A DNA stretch of 49,380 nucleotides. It comes from Vicugna vicugna (lineage: Eukaryota). Within the stretch, counting starts at the first letter, position 1. Each line of letters begins with the position of its first letter. The position numbers and the translations under genes are program-made. The stretch is from the NCBI GenBank assembly GCA_013265495.1, contig MU057984.1:434001-483380 (forward strand). The letters are read 5' to 3'. The notes beneath the pieces are model-generated. The model was given only the letters and a program-made list of their open reading frames with translations. It had not been told where the DNA came from and did no database searches. Below are positions 1 through 13,208 of this stretch, one piece after another.

Positions 1-519
1 AATTGATCCATCAACATACATGAAAATGGGACACGGAAGCTAGAGCTCAAATCTACATGAACTGCATCCTGGATACGGTCATACTTTGCCTTGGATGCAA
101 CATTCTAGCATCATCTGACTCACATCCTTCTAACTCCTAACACAGAAATCAATCCTTTGACCATAAATATACTATATAGTAATGATCTCACTCAAAGTTA
201 ATAAACTATCACACAGAGTACATATTCATTTTCAGTATACAAATTCACTTTACACTATAAACATTTTTACCAAATTTTACTGCTCTACACATTCACCTCA
301 TAATTTGGTGAGTCAATCTCAAGGTGTAATATAAAAGGAGAATTTCTGGCCCTACAAGATCTGAAATCCAGAAACATGGTTTAACCAAGGTGTGCTTTAA
401 TTTCCTTGAGCCTGTTAAAGGAACATGTAACAAAGTCCTATTGGTTCAAAACTCCTTATGCTGATGTTTCTTATTTTCATTTACTATTTCCTTTGTCCCA
501 GTTCTTGTACACTTAACAA

Positions 520-705
520 TAATTAACTCAATGAATTTCTCACAATTACAGGTGAGCTAGATTTTGCTATTACCCCTATGTTACAGGTGAGGGAACTGAG
601 AGGCTCAGACTAAATAACTTCATCAAAGTTAACAGAGCCAGGATTCAAACCTAGGCAGCCTAGCTCCAGATTACATGTCAGCAGCCAGTATTACACTGTT
701 TCTCA
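520..705 (-). mobile_element. MIR SINE relic
   Basis: Reverse-orientation MIR core: ttacaggtgagggaactgagaggctcaga…cagagccaggattcaaacctaggcagcctagctccaga. Confidence 0.75.
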
Positions 706-863
706 TGAAAGCATCATTACACTGGGAACTTCTTAAAGAAAATCTTTATGTCCAAAATCATTATTTTAGATGTCTCTCTTTTTAACATTTTGTAATAGTG
801 TAGAATAAAAACCTACTATTCTTCACTGTCAGACACAAAAGAATCTACATTTAAATGTCTTAC

Positions 864-1073
864 CGGTTATTGCTGTTATCGCAGAAAAGAACATGGGTGA
901 AAAATGACACAGGTTTAGATGATTTGAAGCTGAAGTGGCATGTTAGCGCAGCGCTAGTTCCACTGGGAGAGCCTGTGATGACTTGGCCTTTTGGAAAATT
1001 CGCAGAAAGAGGCTGAATCTCATCACCATTAAGAAGCGTTGCTGGGGGAATCTGGACACTTAAAGTTGAATCT
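864..1073 (-). CDS. CFAP47: CFAP47 internal coding exon (last in window), 210 nt, phase 2 to phase 2: DSTLSVQIPPATLLNGDEIQPLSANFPKGQVITGSPSGTSAALTCHFSFKSSKPVSFFTHVLFCDNSNN(R)
   Basis: Acceptor ttttttaaatctcaaacag|A, donor CCG|gtaaga. Open frame in phase with exon 9691. LTCH.SFKSSKPVSFFT motif as I recall it in CFAP47. Confidence 0.94.
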
Positions 1074-1939
1074 CTGTTTGAGATTTAAAAAAAAAATATT
1101 TAGCTCAAAATACACACAAACAATTGGATTTAAATGCATTTTTCTCTGTTTTTTGAATCTTTAGGAAAATTAAAACAAAAAATATTTACAATAATATGCC
1201 CAATTACTAAAAATATTTTTGTATCAGCTCTCATTTTCTGGTCACAACATAAGTAAAACTGATAATATGTTAATTTAACTAAGAACCACATAAGATAATC
1301 AGAACTTCTTTTTGTCCTCTCAGAATTCAAAACAGGGTTAAAACATGATTAAATATAATGTGTTTTCAATCACAGCCATGATAAAAACAGTATTATCCTT
1401 AAATATGTCCTGACAAAAATTTACTAAAAATTACCACTTTAATAGCTACAGCTTTATTGCATGTAGACTAAACAATATTAACAAATGCATACACATATCA
1501 TTTTTTAAAAATTTTTATACTATTATGCACTTGTATACATACATCATTAATTTTTTTCAATCATTACTATTAAAAATTCTACTTGATGTTCACATATTTC
1601 ACTATATATTATATTTAGCCAACCTAAAATGTTGGTGATTTTTAATAGCACAGTATGTAGTATTCACTTTCAATTCTACTTAATACTTGATAACTTTTAG
1701 TTGTCAATAAATATTTCACCATATTACTTTGTTTTATTTTATTATATATGTAGGTTCCTAAAGCAAATAAGTGTTATCAGATGGAAATTTTCCCTAGTAT
1801 TCTAATTAAAATGAGGATTGTTCAGCTAATTAACGAGAAAAAGTAAAGAAAGATCTCAAGAAAAGATCTAAGTAAAGAAAGAAACCTTGAGTTAGTGAAA
1901 TCCATACAGTTCACTTGATAAAACATGAAAAAGTAGTTT

Positions 1940-2070
1940 ATAAATTCAGGTTTGAATCCAATTCTGTTGCTAATTAACTAAGGGTCATTAGATAAGTCAT
2001 TAACACTGTTGATTTTATTGTATATATAATGAGAAGACTAGGTTACATCATCTCTCTAGTCCCTTTCACA
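1940..2070 (+). mobile_element. Degenerate MIR-family fragment
   Basis: caggtttgaatccaattctgttgctaattaact…tcattagataagtcattaac resembles the MIR core. Confidence 0.4.
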
Positions 2071-3011
2071 CACTCATTTCACTATACCATGTTTTATAAG
2101 ACAGCTTTTAACTTGAGGTAGTTTTTAAATTGATACCATTATACATTAACTCAAAAGCTGAAAGAGTAAAAGATGAATTCATATATGAGACTGTTTCTTG
2201 ACAAAAGAAAAACTTTCTAGCACAACATAATTCAAGTCATTTCTATTTCCTGTTTAAGCAGCAGGGTTTAGAGTCTACTTACAAGATAGGGTATTGAAAA
2301 AACTGAATCCCAGAGTTGTCGAGTTATTGTTGAAAAACTACATTCTCTCACAAAATAGCATTTAGAACAGGCCCTGAGGCAGAAGTAAGCACTCATATCT
2401 TGGAGGCCAAACGGCAGGAAACTAAAGGCCATTCTATGCTTCTCAACATGAATAATTTTCATTTATTTTCAACTACTACATCACACTTGGAACTTGTTTT
2501 CTCTGGATCGCAGAATGCCTAACTGTAAAATACGGTACTGAACCAGAGAAGATCTGAGATGGGTCCAAGATCTGGTAGTTTATGAAAATAATGCTTATTT
2601 GTAATACATGGTGATACACAAATCCTCAAAAGTTACATAATTTTAACATGTCAACTAGCCACTCTTCACATCTATTTCTTTCTATCTGTAGACAGGCATA
2701 TATTTCTAAATACAAATTTGTCTGGCTTTCCTTATCATAATTTTTCATAAAGGATATCAATATATGTAGTCTTCCTTGACTTTTATTTAATCTCAATATT
2801 TTGTTTATAAGATACTTAATAAAGTTGTCTTATGCTGAAGTTCCTCCACTTTACAGCTATAGAATATTCATGTACATATGTATTGAAAATTACATATTCC
2901 TTCATCTGTCACAGGACATTTGTGTAGTTTCCAGATTTTGCTATTCTTTGTAATGCAATTACAAATAATTTCAAACAAACCTTGCAGTACACATGTGCAA
3001 GAGCTTTTCTT

Positions 3012-3431
3012 CTTTCTGTTTTAATTGAAGTACAGTTGACTTACAATATTATATTAATTTCAAGGGTACAGTATACACAGTGATTCAATATTCAAAGTTA
3101 TTATAAAACATTGGTTGTATTTCCTGTGCTGTACATTACACCCTTGTATCTTATTTATTTTATACCTAGTAGTTTGTACCTCTTAATCTTCTTCCCCTAT
3201 CTTGACCCTCTCCCCATCCCTTTCCCTCTGGTAACCACTAGTTTGTCCTATCTATGAGTCTATTTCTGTTTTTGCTAAATTCATTAGTTTGTTTTCTTTT
3301 TTAGATTCCACATGAGGTGAAATTATACTGTTTGTCTTTCTCTGACTTTTCACTAAGCATAATACCCTCCAGGTCCATCCGTTATTGCAAATGGCATTAT
3401 TTTATTCCTTTTTATGACTGGGTAATATTCC

Positions 3432-3509
<78 letters not shown>

Positions 3510-3879
3510 CACCATATCATCTTTATCTATTATATTGACAGACACTTGGGTTGCTTTCTTATCTTGGCTACTGTAAACAATGCTGCTATGAATGTTGGGG
3601 TGCGTGTACCTTTTTAAATTAGTGTTTTTGTTTTCTTTGGATATATACTCCGAAGTGGAATTGCTGGATCATACGGTAGTTCTATTGTTAGTTTTTTGAA
3701 GAAACTCCATATTGCTTTTCATAGTGGCTATACCAATTACATTCCTACTGATAGTGCACAAGGGTTCCCATTTCTCCACATCCTAGTCAACATTTATCAT
3801 TTGTTGTCTTTTTACAATAGCCATTCTGACAGGTGTGAGGTGATAATATCATTGTGGTTTTGATTTACATTTCCCTGAT
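3012..3879 (-). mobile_element. 5'-truncated LINE-1 (ORF2 end plus 3'UTR) inserted in the older L1
   Basis: Typical L1 3' end (ttaattgaagtacagttgacttacaatatt…tagattccacat…ccattctgacaggtgtgaggtgata). Flanked by a TSD with one mismatch: gagcttttctt (3001-3011) and gagtttttctt (3880-3890). Confidence 0.9.
3434..3504. repeat. (TG)n microsatellite, about 35 units with one TC interruption
   Basis: Directly visible. It explains the CVCVCV ORFs. Confidence 0.98.
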
Positions 3880-5920
3880 GAGTTTTTCTTGTACATACTA
3901 TGAAGTGGAATGGTTGGGCTGTGAAATATGCAGATGTTAAACTTTATACAGTATTATCCAGTGTAGTCCTACTCATTGACACTATAACTAGTAGTCTGAC
4001 TTTTTAAAGTTTACCTACCTAGAACAGGCAAAATGATATCTTATTGTACAGTCTCTAATATACATTTCCAAGTTTACAAACAGATCAATTATGTTTTCAC
4101 ATGTTTATTTTCCATTTATGATTCAAGAACCTCTGAGGGACATTACCAGGTAGCTAGAAGCAATTTGGAGGTATTCAAAGCTCTTACCTATTGATAATTT
4201 TTGTCAACATTTCTATTATTTGCTATACTTCAGATTAATTTTTATTATTTATTTTGTTGCTAGCATGATTTTAAGTCTTGTTTAAGAAATCTCTCTCTAC
4301 CCAGATATTAAAATTGTTTTTTCAAATTTTTTTCACATTTTACATTTTACATTTAAGCTTTTAATCTATGTGTAATGAATTTCTGTGATTAAGACAGGAA
4401 TCCAGTATGAAATATTCCATACAGACAATCAATTGTTCTAGCACCATTTACTGAATAGTAATCTCTTTTCTCCAAAGATCTAAAATACTACCTTTGTCAT
4501 ACATTCAGTATCCATCCATGTGTCGGCCTTTTTCAAGTCTCTCTGTTCTATACCTTGGCTTATTTTCTCTCTCACTGAACCACTGACACTGATTTAGTCT
4601 TGATATTTGGGGAGGCAAGCCCTTCTCATCTTATTATTCTTTGGTGGTGGCTTGGCTATTCTTGACCCTTAATTCTTCCATATAAAATTTAGAATTTTAC
4701 TTGTCAATCTCTATGAAAAGTTTTATTTGAATTTTTATTGCAGTTGCATGGAATATCTAAATTAATTTGTGGGGAACTGTCCTTTTTATAATATTGAATA
4801 TCTCCATTCATGAATATGGCATTAATCTTCATATATTTATGAGTTTTTTGACTTAAGTTTTGTAATTTTCTCTGTAGAGTTCCATACAATCCTTTCTATT
4901 ATCTTTAACTGTTAATGTTTTCATGAATAGTAGTTTTACAGTTGCATGTTCAAAATGTTTTATGCTGAAATGTTACACTGAATTTTAAATATTGGACTTA
5001 ACATTTATCTGTGTTGATAAATGATCTTCATAGCTTTCAAAATTTGCCTGTAGATTTTTTTAATTTCCTATATGGAAATCATCTAATCTATAGATAATGA
5101 TGGTTTTGAAGCTTCTTTTCCTACTCTTATTTTACTTTTAAGAAGTATTTTACTTTTCTTACCTCCCTGAATGGACTAGGTTCTTTGGGAAAATGTGTTG
5201 GGGAGGCAATGATAATAGGCATCCTTGTCTTTTCTATTTTATTTAAAGGGAATTCATTTAAATTCTGGTAATATGTAATAATGTCTCCTGTAGGTTTATG
5301 ATAGGAAACTTTAGCAACTTAAAGAATATCTCTTTTATTCCTGTTTAATAGTTTTATAGTACATGATTTTATCAAATTCTTTTTTTCTTCATGGAAATGA
5401 TCATAATCATTATTTTAATGTAATGTAAACTAGTATTTTTATTTGTCAATGCAGTAGATGAAATAAAAAGATATTTTAGATTTTCTGACATTAGGCAAAC
5501 CTTGCAATCCTAGGATACACCCAGGTTGATCATGATCGATTAATATTACATTACATATGTGATATAGATTATATTATAAATGTGTGTATATATAAAATTC
5601 AATTCATTAACGATTATTGCATCTACATTTATAAGAGGGATTGGCCTGTAATTTACCTTTCTTAGACCGTCATTATCAGATTTTATAATAAAAAAATTCT
5701 GACTTCACCAAACAAATTAGGGCACATTCTCTCTTTTTCTATTCTCTGGAAGAATTTATACAAGGTTTGATATATCAATTTTTTGGAAGTTTAGTAAAAC
5801 TTGCCTGTAAAAACATCAGAGGATGGTGTTTTCCTTATAAGATTTTAAATATTGACTCAAAGACTTTATTTCCAATGTGGTTTTAGTAAATTATATATTA
5901 TAGATAGACAGATTGATTGA

Positions 5921-5922
5921 TT

Positions 5923-5957
<35 letters not shown>
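5921..5957. repeat. (TTTA)n microsatellite
   Basis: Directly visible tetranucleotide run. Confidence 0.95.
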
Positions 5958-7244
5958 CAAATGTCCCATTTCATTTAAGTTTTAAAATGTGTTAGAATAA
6001 ATTTCTTCATAGCACTTTGATTATCTCATTTTTCTCCAGTGGATATATGGTTAGGCCCCATTATTCCTAGTATTATTGAGTTGTGCCTTTTTTTCTTCCT
6101 TTCAACTTCACTGTAATAGTGTCCATTGTATTCGGTCTTTCAAAGAGCCAGCCTTTGGTTTCAGTGAGCCTATCTTCTATATATGCATTTTCTATTCCTT
6201 TAATTACTCATTAAATCTTCCCTTCTACATTTCTTGGGTTTAATCTACTATTCTTAGTCTTATTTATTAAATTGAATAATTCAAACTTTCAACAATTTTA
6301 ATTTAATATCAGCATTAAAGAGTATATATTTCCATCTAAGTATTATTTTTGCTGCATTCTTTAAGTTTACTTATTTATTTTTTGCTTAACCATTGGAATT
6401 GTGGTGTTTATTTCATATAACAGATGTAGTTTATTTAACAAAAGATGCAGGTCTAATTGTCTAAAGAAAGCAAGAGAAGTCACAGTAGCTGTTTCAAGTT
6501 TAGTCTTTGTCTCTAATACTCAAACAATGTTTACAGCATTTGATTGTGTTATACACTTACAATTCTCAATGAATATTGTTGTTTACATGTTTTAATATAT
6601 AGTATTTTAATTATTACTGATTTGCAAAACTCAATATATCTTTGACTCTATAGAAGTGTTTTAAACATTTCTGAATGTATGGGATATCTGTTAATATTTT
6701 GATTTTTAATTATAATTATCATCAGAGAACATAGTCTATATGATGCCAACTCATGAAAATCTGTTAAACTTGCACCACAGAATGATACACTTTCAGTTCC
6801 TGTAAATATCCTAAGTATAAGTGAGAAAAATGTGTATTCTCTAACTGCAAGGTGCAGTATTTTATAATGCTATTTTTACTAATTTTAATAATATTAGTAT
6901 TAAGTGAATGAGACTTCTTAAATATCTTATTCAAATCTTCTTTATCTATACAAATGTTTTTGTCTTCTGGACTCACCAGTAATTGAGATAGATGCTGAAA
7001 TATCCTACAATATAGGGTATGTTTTTAATTTTGTCTTATTTCAATTTGGGATTCATATATTTTAAGATCATTTAAATTGTGCACACAATTTTAGAATTCT
7101 GATAGTTTCTAGGTGAGCTGCATCTTTGATAATGATTTCTATATTAAAAATGTTTTACCTCTTAAGGTTATTATATATGAAATTAATATTGCTATCCAGC
7201 TCTCTTTTGGTTATACTGGTATATCTTTTCCCATGATTTTATTT

Positions 7245-7454
7245 TGGTGGTCCTCAACTGTGAGTGGTTTTGCTCCCCAGGGGACACTGAGCAATGTGCA
7301 GACATTTTCTTTCTGTAACAACTCCAGAGGGAGGATGCCACTGGATAGAGACAAGGGAGGCTGGTAAACATCCTACAAAGTAGGGGATAGCCTCCAACAA
7401 AAAAAAGAATTATCCTTCCCAAAATTTCAACAGTTCTAAAGTTGAGAAACCCTG
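7245..7454 (+). mobile_element. MER20-like hAT-Charlie MITE
   Basis: gtggtcctcaac…ttttgctccccaggggacact…gcaatgtgcagacatttt…aaacatcctacaa…gttgagaaaccctg matches the MER20 layout. Confidence 0.85.
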
Positions 7455-8064
7455 TTTTGTTTCGATCTTTCTTTGTCCTTATGTTTCACATATACTTCTT
7501 TTAATAGGCAGCTGGATTTTCTTTATTATTTACTCTATTATTTCTCTTTTAACTGGTCAGAGTAATTTATTTACACTTTATTGCATTACTCAACTATTCA
7601 GTTTCTGCCACCATTTTTTGTTGAAGGTTTCTCTTGCTTTTAAAAGTATGCTTCTCTTTTTCTCTCTTATAAAGTTAACTTGAAGTTTTATTTCTACACT
7701 GTTTGTGTACTCATGTACAATCTTAGGTTTAGTGGATGCTCTTAAAATTCTACCCTACATACTTTATTTTAAAAGTTCTAAAAGTTATATTTGGTTCATT
7801 TTCCAATCTCTTTTGTACAATTCCATGTTAATGACTAATTTTCATAATGCCATCTTTTTAAGCAAATTATTTATAATTTGCATTGATAATTACATTATCT
7901 GAATTACTTATGAGTCTAAATCTTAAGACGGCTATTTGTGCCGACTTTAAGTTACAGTGTCCTCCGTCCTGAGGAGTTTTCTAATACTTGACACTGTGCT
8001 CATGTCTACTTGATAGCAATCTATGGAAACTGAAATAAGAGTCAAAACTTGGGATGGCTTCATT

Positions 8065-8253
8065 TAGAGTAGAAGTTCCCAAAGTAAACAAGAGGATCAG
8101 TATCACCTGGAAACTAATTATAAGTACAAATTATTATATCCCATTCCAGGCATACCGAATCGTATATTCTGGGAATAGAACCCAAAAAATCTGTTTTAAA
8201 AAGTCTTTCAGATGATACTGATATACAACAAAGTTTAAGAACCATTGTTCTAG
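8065..8253. mobile_element. MER5A-like hAT-Charlie MITE
   Basis: atcagtatcacctggaaact…aatctgttttaaaaagtctttcagatgatactgat…aaagtttaagaaccattgttctaga. Confidence 0.8.
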
Positions 8254-8687
8254 AGAAGAGTTGCTTGCTTCTACTGAAAGGTAAAAGAATTTACTCACAT
8301 GGAACCACTTTAGCCTCTTTCAGTGTTCCTGGATTAATCCTAGGAATCTGAGATTAAGTTTTCCTATTTTGAAGCCATCCCAAGGTTTAAGAATCAGCCT
8401 GCATTTGGCATGTTAATACAGCTCACTGCTTCTACTCTGGTTTCAGTTTATAAGTATGTACTGTTTTGGTTTGATTTGATCTGAGCCCTTTGGAGACTGC
8501 CCACACTTCTCAGCAGCCCAGCAGTTATCTACAGATATATATACAGAAACACGCACACACATACGCTCTATTTGTTTTGTACTGTGTAGGTTCATAATGT
8601 TTCTGGGCCAATATAGTACTGGGATTTGGGCTGTTTGTAAATCTTTAAAAAAATGAAACCAGATATCATTCCTCTATACTGCATGCA

Positions 8688-9440
8688 TAGGATAGGCAGA
8701 ATTGTGTGATGAGCACCAAGGGTCCTGTTCTTCAGTGTACAAACTGTAATTCCAATCCCTTGGGTGGCCAGAACTGTAAATATGATGAGACATCACTTTG
8801 GTGATTAAGTTATGCTATATGGCAACAGTAAAGGGATCTTCTATATGTAACTATGATCCCTAGTCAATGGATTTTGAATAAAGGAAAAGAGAGATAAACA
8901 TGGGTGGATCAGATTTAATCAGGTAAGATCTTAAAAGAAGGTTTAGAGGTTAGAGACAGAGAGGTCAGAGAAATGGTCTGCTTCTGGCTTGGAATGAGTT
9001 AAATATAGTTTTTCTTTTTTCTTTTTAATGGAGGTGCTGGGGATTGAACTCAGGACCTCATGCATGCAAAACACGTGCTCTACCACTGAGTTGCATCTAC
9101 CCCCCTGGACTGAGTTAAATATCATGCTGTGAATAGGGAATGACATGGCTAGGACTTGAGGGTGGCCTCTAAGCGCTGAGAGTTGTCTAAGCCAACAGCC
9201 AGAAAGAAAATGATGTCTTAGTCCTACAACTACAAGGATTAATTCTGCCAACAACCAGAGAGCTCAGAGGACTGAGACCTAGATGAGACTGCTGCTATAG
9301 CCCTTGATTTCCACCTCTTGAGACCTTGAGCAGCGGACATAAACTAACCAGACTCCTGACCCAAAGAAACTGAGAACAAATCTGTGTTTTAAGGTAGTAA
9401 GTCTGCAGTAATTTGTCATACAGTGAAAGAAAACTAATAC
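8688..9440 (+). mobile_element. MLT1-type (MaLR) solo LTR, interrupted by a SINE
   Basis: Starts at ggataggcagaatt. Internal motifs gattaagttatgctatatggca and gtcctacaactacaaggattaattctgccaacaacc. Ends with the MaLR-like terminus gtaatttgtcatacagtgaaagaaaactaataca. Confidence 0.85.
9007..9105 (-). mobile_element. tRNA-derived SINE (camelid Vic-1-like)
   Basis: Minus strand has an A box (caactcagtggtagag), a B box (gagttcaatccc) and an A-rich tail. 17-bp TSD tgga[a/c]tgagttaaatat at 8990-9006 and 9106-9122. Confidence 0.92.
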
Positions 9441-9690
9441 ACTGAATTTTTAAGCTTGCATCTTATACCATTAAGAGAGACATACCAAAGATTTTTATAA
9501 GAAAATTAAATAACTGTGAGATAATTAAGTGGGCTTGTGGGGTATTTTTAATTTAAATGTACAGTTAAATATTTTAGTAGTTCACTCGAACTATAGAAAG
9601 AAGACAGGCATTGTTCATGACTCGTGTAACACTAACACACACACAAAAAACACCTACAGAAAATGTGGTAAATTCACATTAAGTATTTAC

Positions 9691-9886
9691 CTGAAATAGT
9701 TCTGAGGTAAAATGTTGATATCCATCACAGTTGTTACATTCAAAGGAACAGGAGTAAAAAATATGAAAGGAGGGTCAAACAATAACTTGGGTAATTTTAC
9801 CTCTCCAACCAGACACAACATTCGATAGCAAAGTGGATTATCATTTAAACGTACAGGAATATCAGCTGTGTATTTTCTAGGATGTT
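9691..9886 (-). CDS. CFAP47: CFAP47 internal coding exon, 196 nt, phase 1 to phase 2: (K)HPRKYTADIPVRLNDNPLCYRMLCLVGEVKLPKLLFDPPFIFFTPVPLNVTTVMDINILPQNYF(R)
   Basis: Acceptor ttttctctcactag|AA, donor TTCAG|gtaaat. 64 open codons. PKLLFDPPFIFFTPVPL matches my recollection of CFAP47. Confidence 0.94.
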
Positions 9887-10512
9887 CTAGTGAGAGAAAA
9901 ACATTTGTTAAGTACTTCGGATTAGTTCACACACACCAAAAAGCATTTATATAGTTTAATCCTTACTATATATGAAAATGTACTGCACACAGTTATAGCT
10001 CAATAGAGCAGAAGAGATTACCCAGAAACTCGATTTATCCTGCCAAGGAACTTAAGACATGTAATGAGGTGTCACTGAAATAAAAATCTTCTAAAGTGTA
10101 CTCTGTCTAGAAAGAGAGCAAGTCTCCTTAAAGTAGATTTTAATTATTATGGGAAAATACATATACCCTGGGGAAACAGTACAACAGGACTTCTTTTTTT
10201 TTATTGTTTTCTCTGCCTAAACAGGAGCTGTCCATCCTTCAGTATCTGCAGTATGAAGATGAGGTCAGATCATTTCCATAAGGATCTCAGGGAACTACTA
10301 AGAAATGAAGATGCTGAGAGGAAAGGAAGGTGCTTTCTGACAAAAGGCTGCCAGGGTCAACTAGCCAATTTCACCTGGTAGGAAAAGACAGGAAGTGCCC
10401 ACATGGTAACTCACAAAATGAAAGGAAATTCTGTGTTGGAGAAAAGGGCACAGGAGGCTGCAGACTAATCTCAGATCACAAGAGTCATCACAGCAAGTTG
10501 CCAATGCCTTTT

Positions 10513-10615
10513 TATGGGGGGGCCAGAGGGGTTGTTTATTTTTCAATTGAAGTATAGTCAGTTTATAATGCTGTGCCAATTTCCAGTGTACAGCATAATG
10601 TTTCAGTCATAGATG
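10513..10615 (-). mobile_element. Very short 5'-truncated L1 3' end
   Basis: Reverse complement of the L1 terminus also seen at 28490-28548 (attatgctgtacac…tgacta[t/c]acttcaatt). TSD atgcctttt at 10504-10512 and 10616-10624. Confidence 0.8.
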
Positions 10616-10729
10616 ATGCCTTTTAAGACTTAACTCCCCAAACGTAAGTTTCATAGGGAGAAAAATGTGATCTGGTGAGTATGAATTCCAGATAGTATCT
10701 CAGAATTCAAAAACATACTTAATACTGAG

Positions 10730-10891
10730 GTTTTTTTTTTTTTAAAGTAACTTTATCCTTATCTCACCACTATTTGGGGGGAAGGTATTTAGGTTTGTTT
10801 GTTTGTTTTTAATGGAGGTACTGGGGATTGAACTGAGCAATTCATGCATGCTAGGCATGTACTCTGTCACTGAGCTATACCCCAACCCGTG
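10730..10891 (-). mobile_element. tRNA-derived SINE (Vic-1-like) with extended 3' tail
   Basis: A/B boxes (tagctcagtgacagag; cagttcaatccccag) and a poly(A) tail. TSD aatactgag at 10721-10729 and 10892-10900. Confidence 0.9.
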
Positions 10892-11699
10892 AATACTGAG
10901 TTTTGAGAGTATTTCTGTGTTTCAGAAGTGTTCAAGGTTTCTGTGGCCATGGAGAAGAGAGTTCCTTGTGTAAGGCTACCAAGAATTTAATAACACATGT
11001 TTTTAAGCTCAGGTATGCCATCTCTCTCATCTAAGATATGTGATATAAAGGTATTATAGGCATGTTTAATTTTTTTAAGAGAGGCTAAGATCATAAGGAG
11101 GAATACCCTAGTTTTGACTGCTTGGGCTCAGCCCCACACTGAAGGAAAAGTCAAATGGAAATATGTCTTATTTCCTTCAAAGTAATCTAGTCCATTTCAT
11201 CTGGAAATAAATGTAGATAGGGACAGAAAGGAGAAGCTCTGTACAGAAATACAGATGGTGGCTTTAGCTGGACTAGTTTAGGATGAGACACAGTAGCAAC
11301 TAACAAGACAGAGATCAAAATACACAGAAATATATAATGAAACCTAAGTATTTTTACAAAGTCAACTTCAGAATGCAGCGAATATTTGATTCGATCATAT
11401 TTTCAGAGTTCTAAACAGAGGTAATAAAGGTGAAACCTTTTAAAAATCCACTAATGACAGTATCTTAAGTAATGTTTCACACACATGAATCTGAAGTGAA
11501 TATACAACGCCAGGCTAAGAGATGTGCTGGACATATATTTAAAGCAACATTGTGCTAATGGAATATTACTGAGAGCAAACACACAGCTCAGTGAACTCTC
11601 CAAAAAGCTTAAAAGCGTTAACAGGTTCTTATCATGCCTTTTCTATTGTTAACATGGCTAGCCGTGGGTATTTTATTATATTGCCACATGTATAATATA

Positions 11700-12090
11700 T
11701 CGTAGTGTCCCAGAGATTCTGATTTACTGAGTGATTTACTGAGGGAATGCTCTCAAGACGAAAGCATAGTAAAATAAGGACAGAATAAAGCAGGAGGAGA
11801 AGCATGAAAAGGTATAGTTTTAGAATCTAGATTCAACCTGATCCCACATGGGGGCTCTGGGATGTGAATTCACAAACAACTATCTGAGACTGGAGGGACA
11901 GTGGGCTGGGCCACTGAGGGAGCAGTGGTGATGAGACTTAGCCTCCTAGGCATCTCTCCATGAGGCATCTTCCTCCAAACAATGACAATCCTCTAAAGAA
12001 GGAGACACACACCACCTGTCAGGACCAATGCCCACAACTGACAGAGGGATGGAAAACCCCAGTCACGAGAACTGGATAAGCCCAAACAGC
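11700..12090 (-). mobile_element. LTR16-like ERVL LTR relic
   Basis: gtgatttactgagggaatgctctcaag…tctagattcaacctgatcccacatggggctctggg resembles the antisense LTR16 consensus. Confidence 0.55.
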
Positions 12091-13073
12091 ATATATAAGA
12101 GGCTGTAATCTTAATGCTGCTTCATAAGAATAATTAGGAAGAATAACAGGTAAATTATTATTAATACCCGCTGAAATAGAAAAATAGTCTGAAAATGGCA
12201 TTTGGTATGCTTCCCTAGTTATAGCATGTAAAATATAAAGGTAGTTGAGCAGATGCTTTAAGTTAGAGACAAATACTAGTACAGACTTCCTCAAAAAGAG
12301 GAAAAACAATCTTCATAGATATTTTTTCAAGCAACTATCTGTTGTTCCTTTGCTCTGGTCTGCTTAAAGAAGCTAGTTGTCAATACTTTCACTTCCCAAA
12401 GTTCATTAGTGGAAAAATTCTTGTTTTGGGTAGTAGGGATCCTCATGCTGAGAATTTTCTAGGATATGCATGCCCTGAGAGTTAGGCTTATGAAGCACTG
12501 AGGCTATTTACATGAGAACTAAGAATAATCTTCTCCAAAGGGAGTGAGTCTAGCCACACAAATGAGATTCAAGAACAGTGGTCCAGACTCAGAACGAATT
12601 GGACATTTGCTTAGAGATCAGTGTGGGTAACACATACTTTCACAGCCCCCGCCTCTATCCCTGTAGCAGTCCAAGGAAGGGCAATAAAGGGGGAGTGAAA
12701 ACTAAAAACTACCTCAGTAAAACTTTTCAAAGCTCTGAGAATATAAGCAGCCCTACTTGGTGACCAATATAACAAAGTGAGCCAAAATGGAGATAAAGTA
12801 TATCTGCCTTACTCTAGGTGATACGGATGACAAAGGTTGCATCTACAAGGCAAAGGAAATAGAAGGAGAAATAAAGGCCCTGACCGTGGTTTGGAATAAG
12901 AGGCTTACACCACAGTCACATTATAAGTGGAGAAAATGGCAGAACAAAAATATCATCAATCACCAATCCACCTAGAATAAAATGCAGATGCTACAGGTAT
13001 AATTAGAAGAAATCTTAAGTCAGTTAGAGACCCACTGTCTTCAAGAGGCTGGGAAAAAGTAAACAAGCTACTT

Positions 13074-13208
13074 TTTTGGGGGGCAGGTGTAAAGGGTAAT
13101 TAGGTTTATTTATGTTTTTTTTTTTTTAATCGGAGGTACTGGGGATTGAACCTAGGGCTCCATGCATGCTAAGCATGGGCTCTACCACTGAGCTATACCC
13201 ACACCCCT
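13074..13208 (-). mobile_element. tRNA-derived SINE (Vic-1-like)
   Basis: ggtatagctcagtggtagagcccatgcttagcatgcatggagccctaggttcaatccccagtacctcc. TSD acaa[g/a]ctactt at 13063-13073 and 13209-13219. Confidence 0.92.

Larger units (their letters stand above)
2630..7240 (-). mobile_element. Old, highly diverged LINE-1 (L1ME-like) 3'UTR/ORF2 remnant, interrupted by a younger L1
   Basis: Long T-rich stretch with antisense L1 ORF2 motifs, e.g. ttggctattcttgacccttaattcttccatataaaattt, gcatccttgtctt and atttcctatattctctggaaga-like segments. Confidence 0.7.

Noticed and set aside
3317..3617. ORFs with CVCVCV runs (also 40531..40761)
   Set aside because: They are translations of (TG)n microsatellites, not proteins.
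8943..9254. 103-aa minus-strand ORF, and tRNA-like A/B boxes at 9007, 10730 and 13074 as possible tRNA genes
   Set aside because: The ORF runs across an MLT1 LTR and a SINE. The tRNA-like parts have A-tails and TSDs, so they are SINEs.
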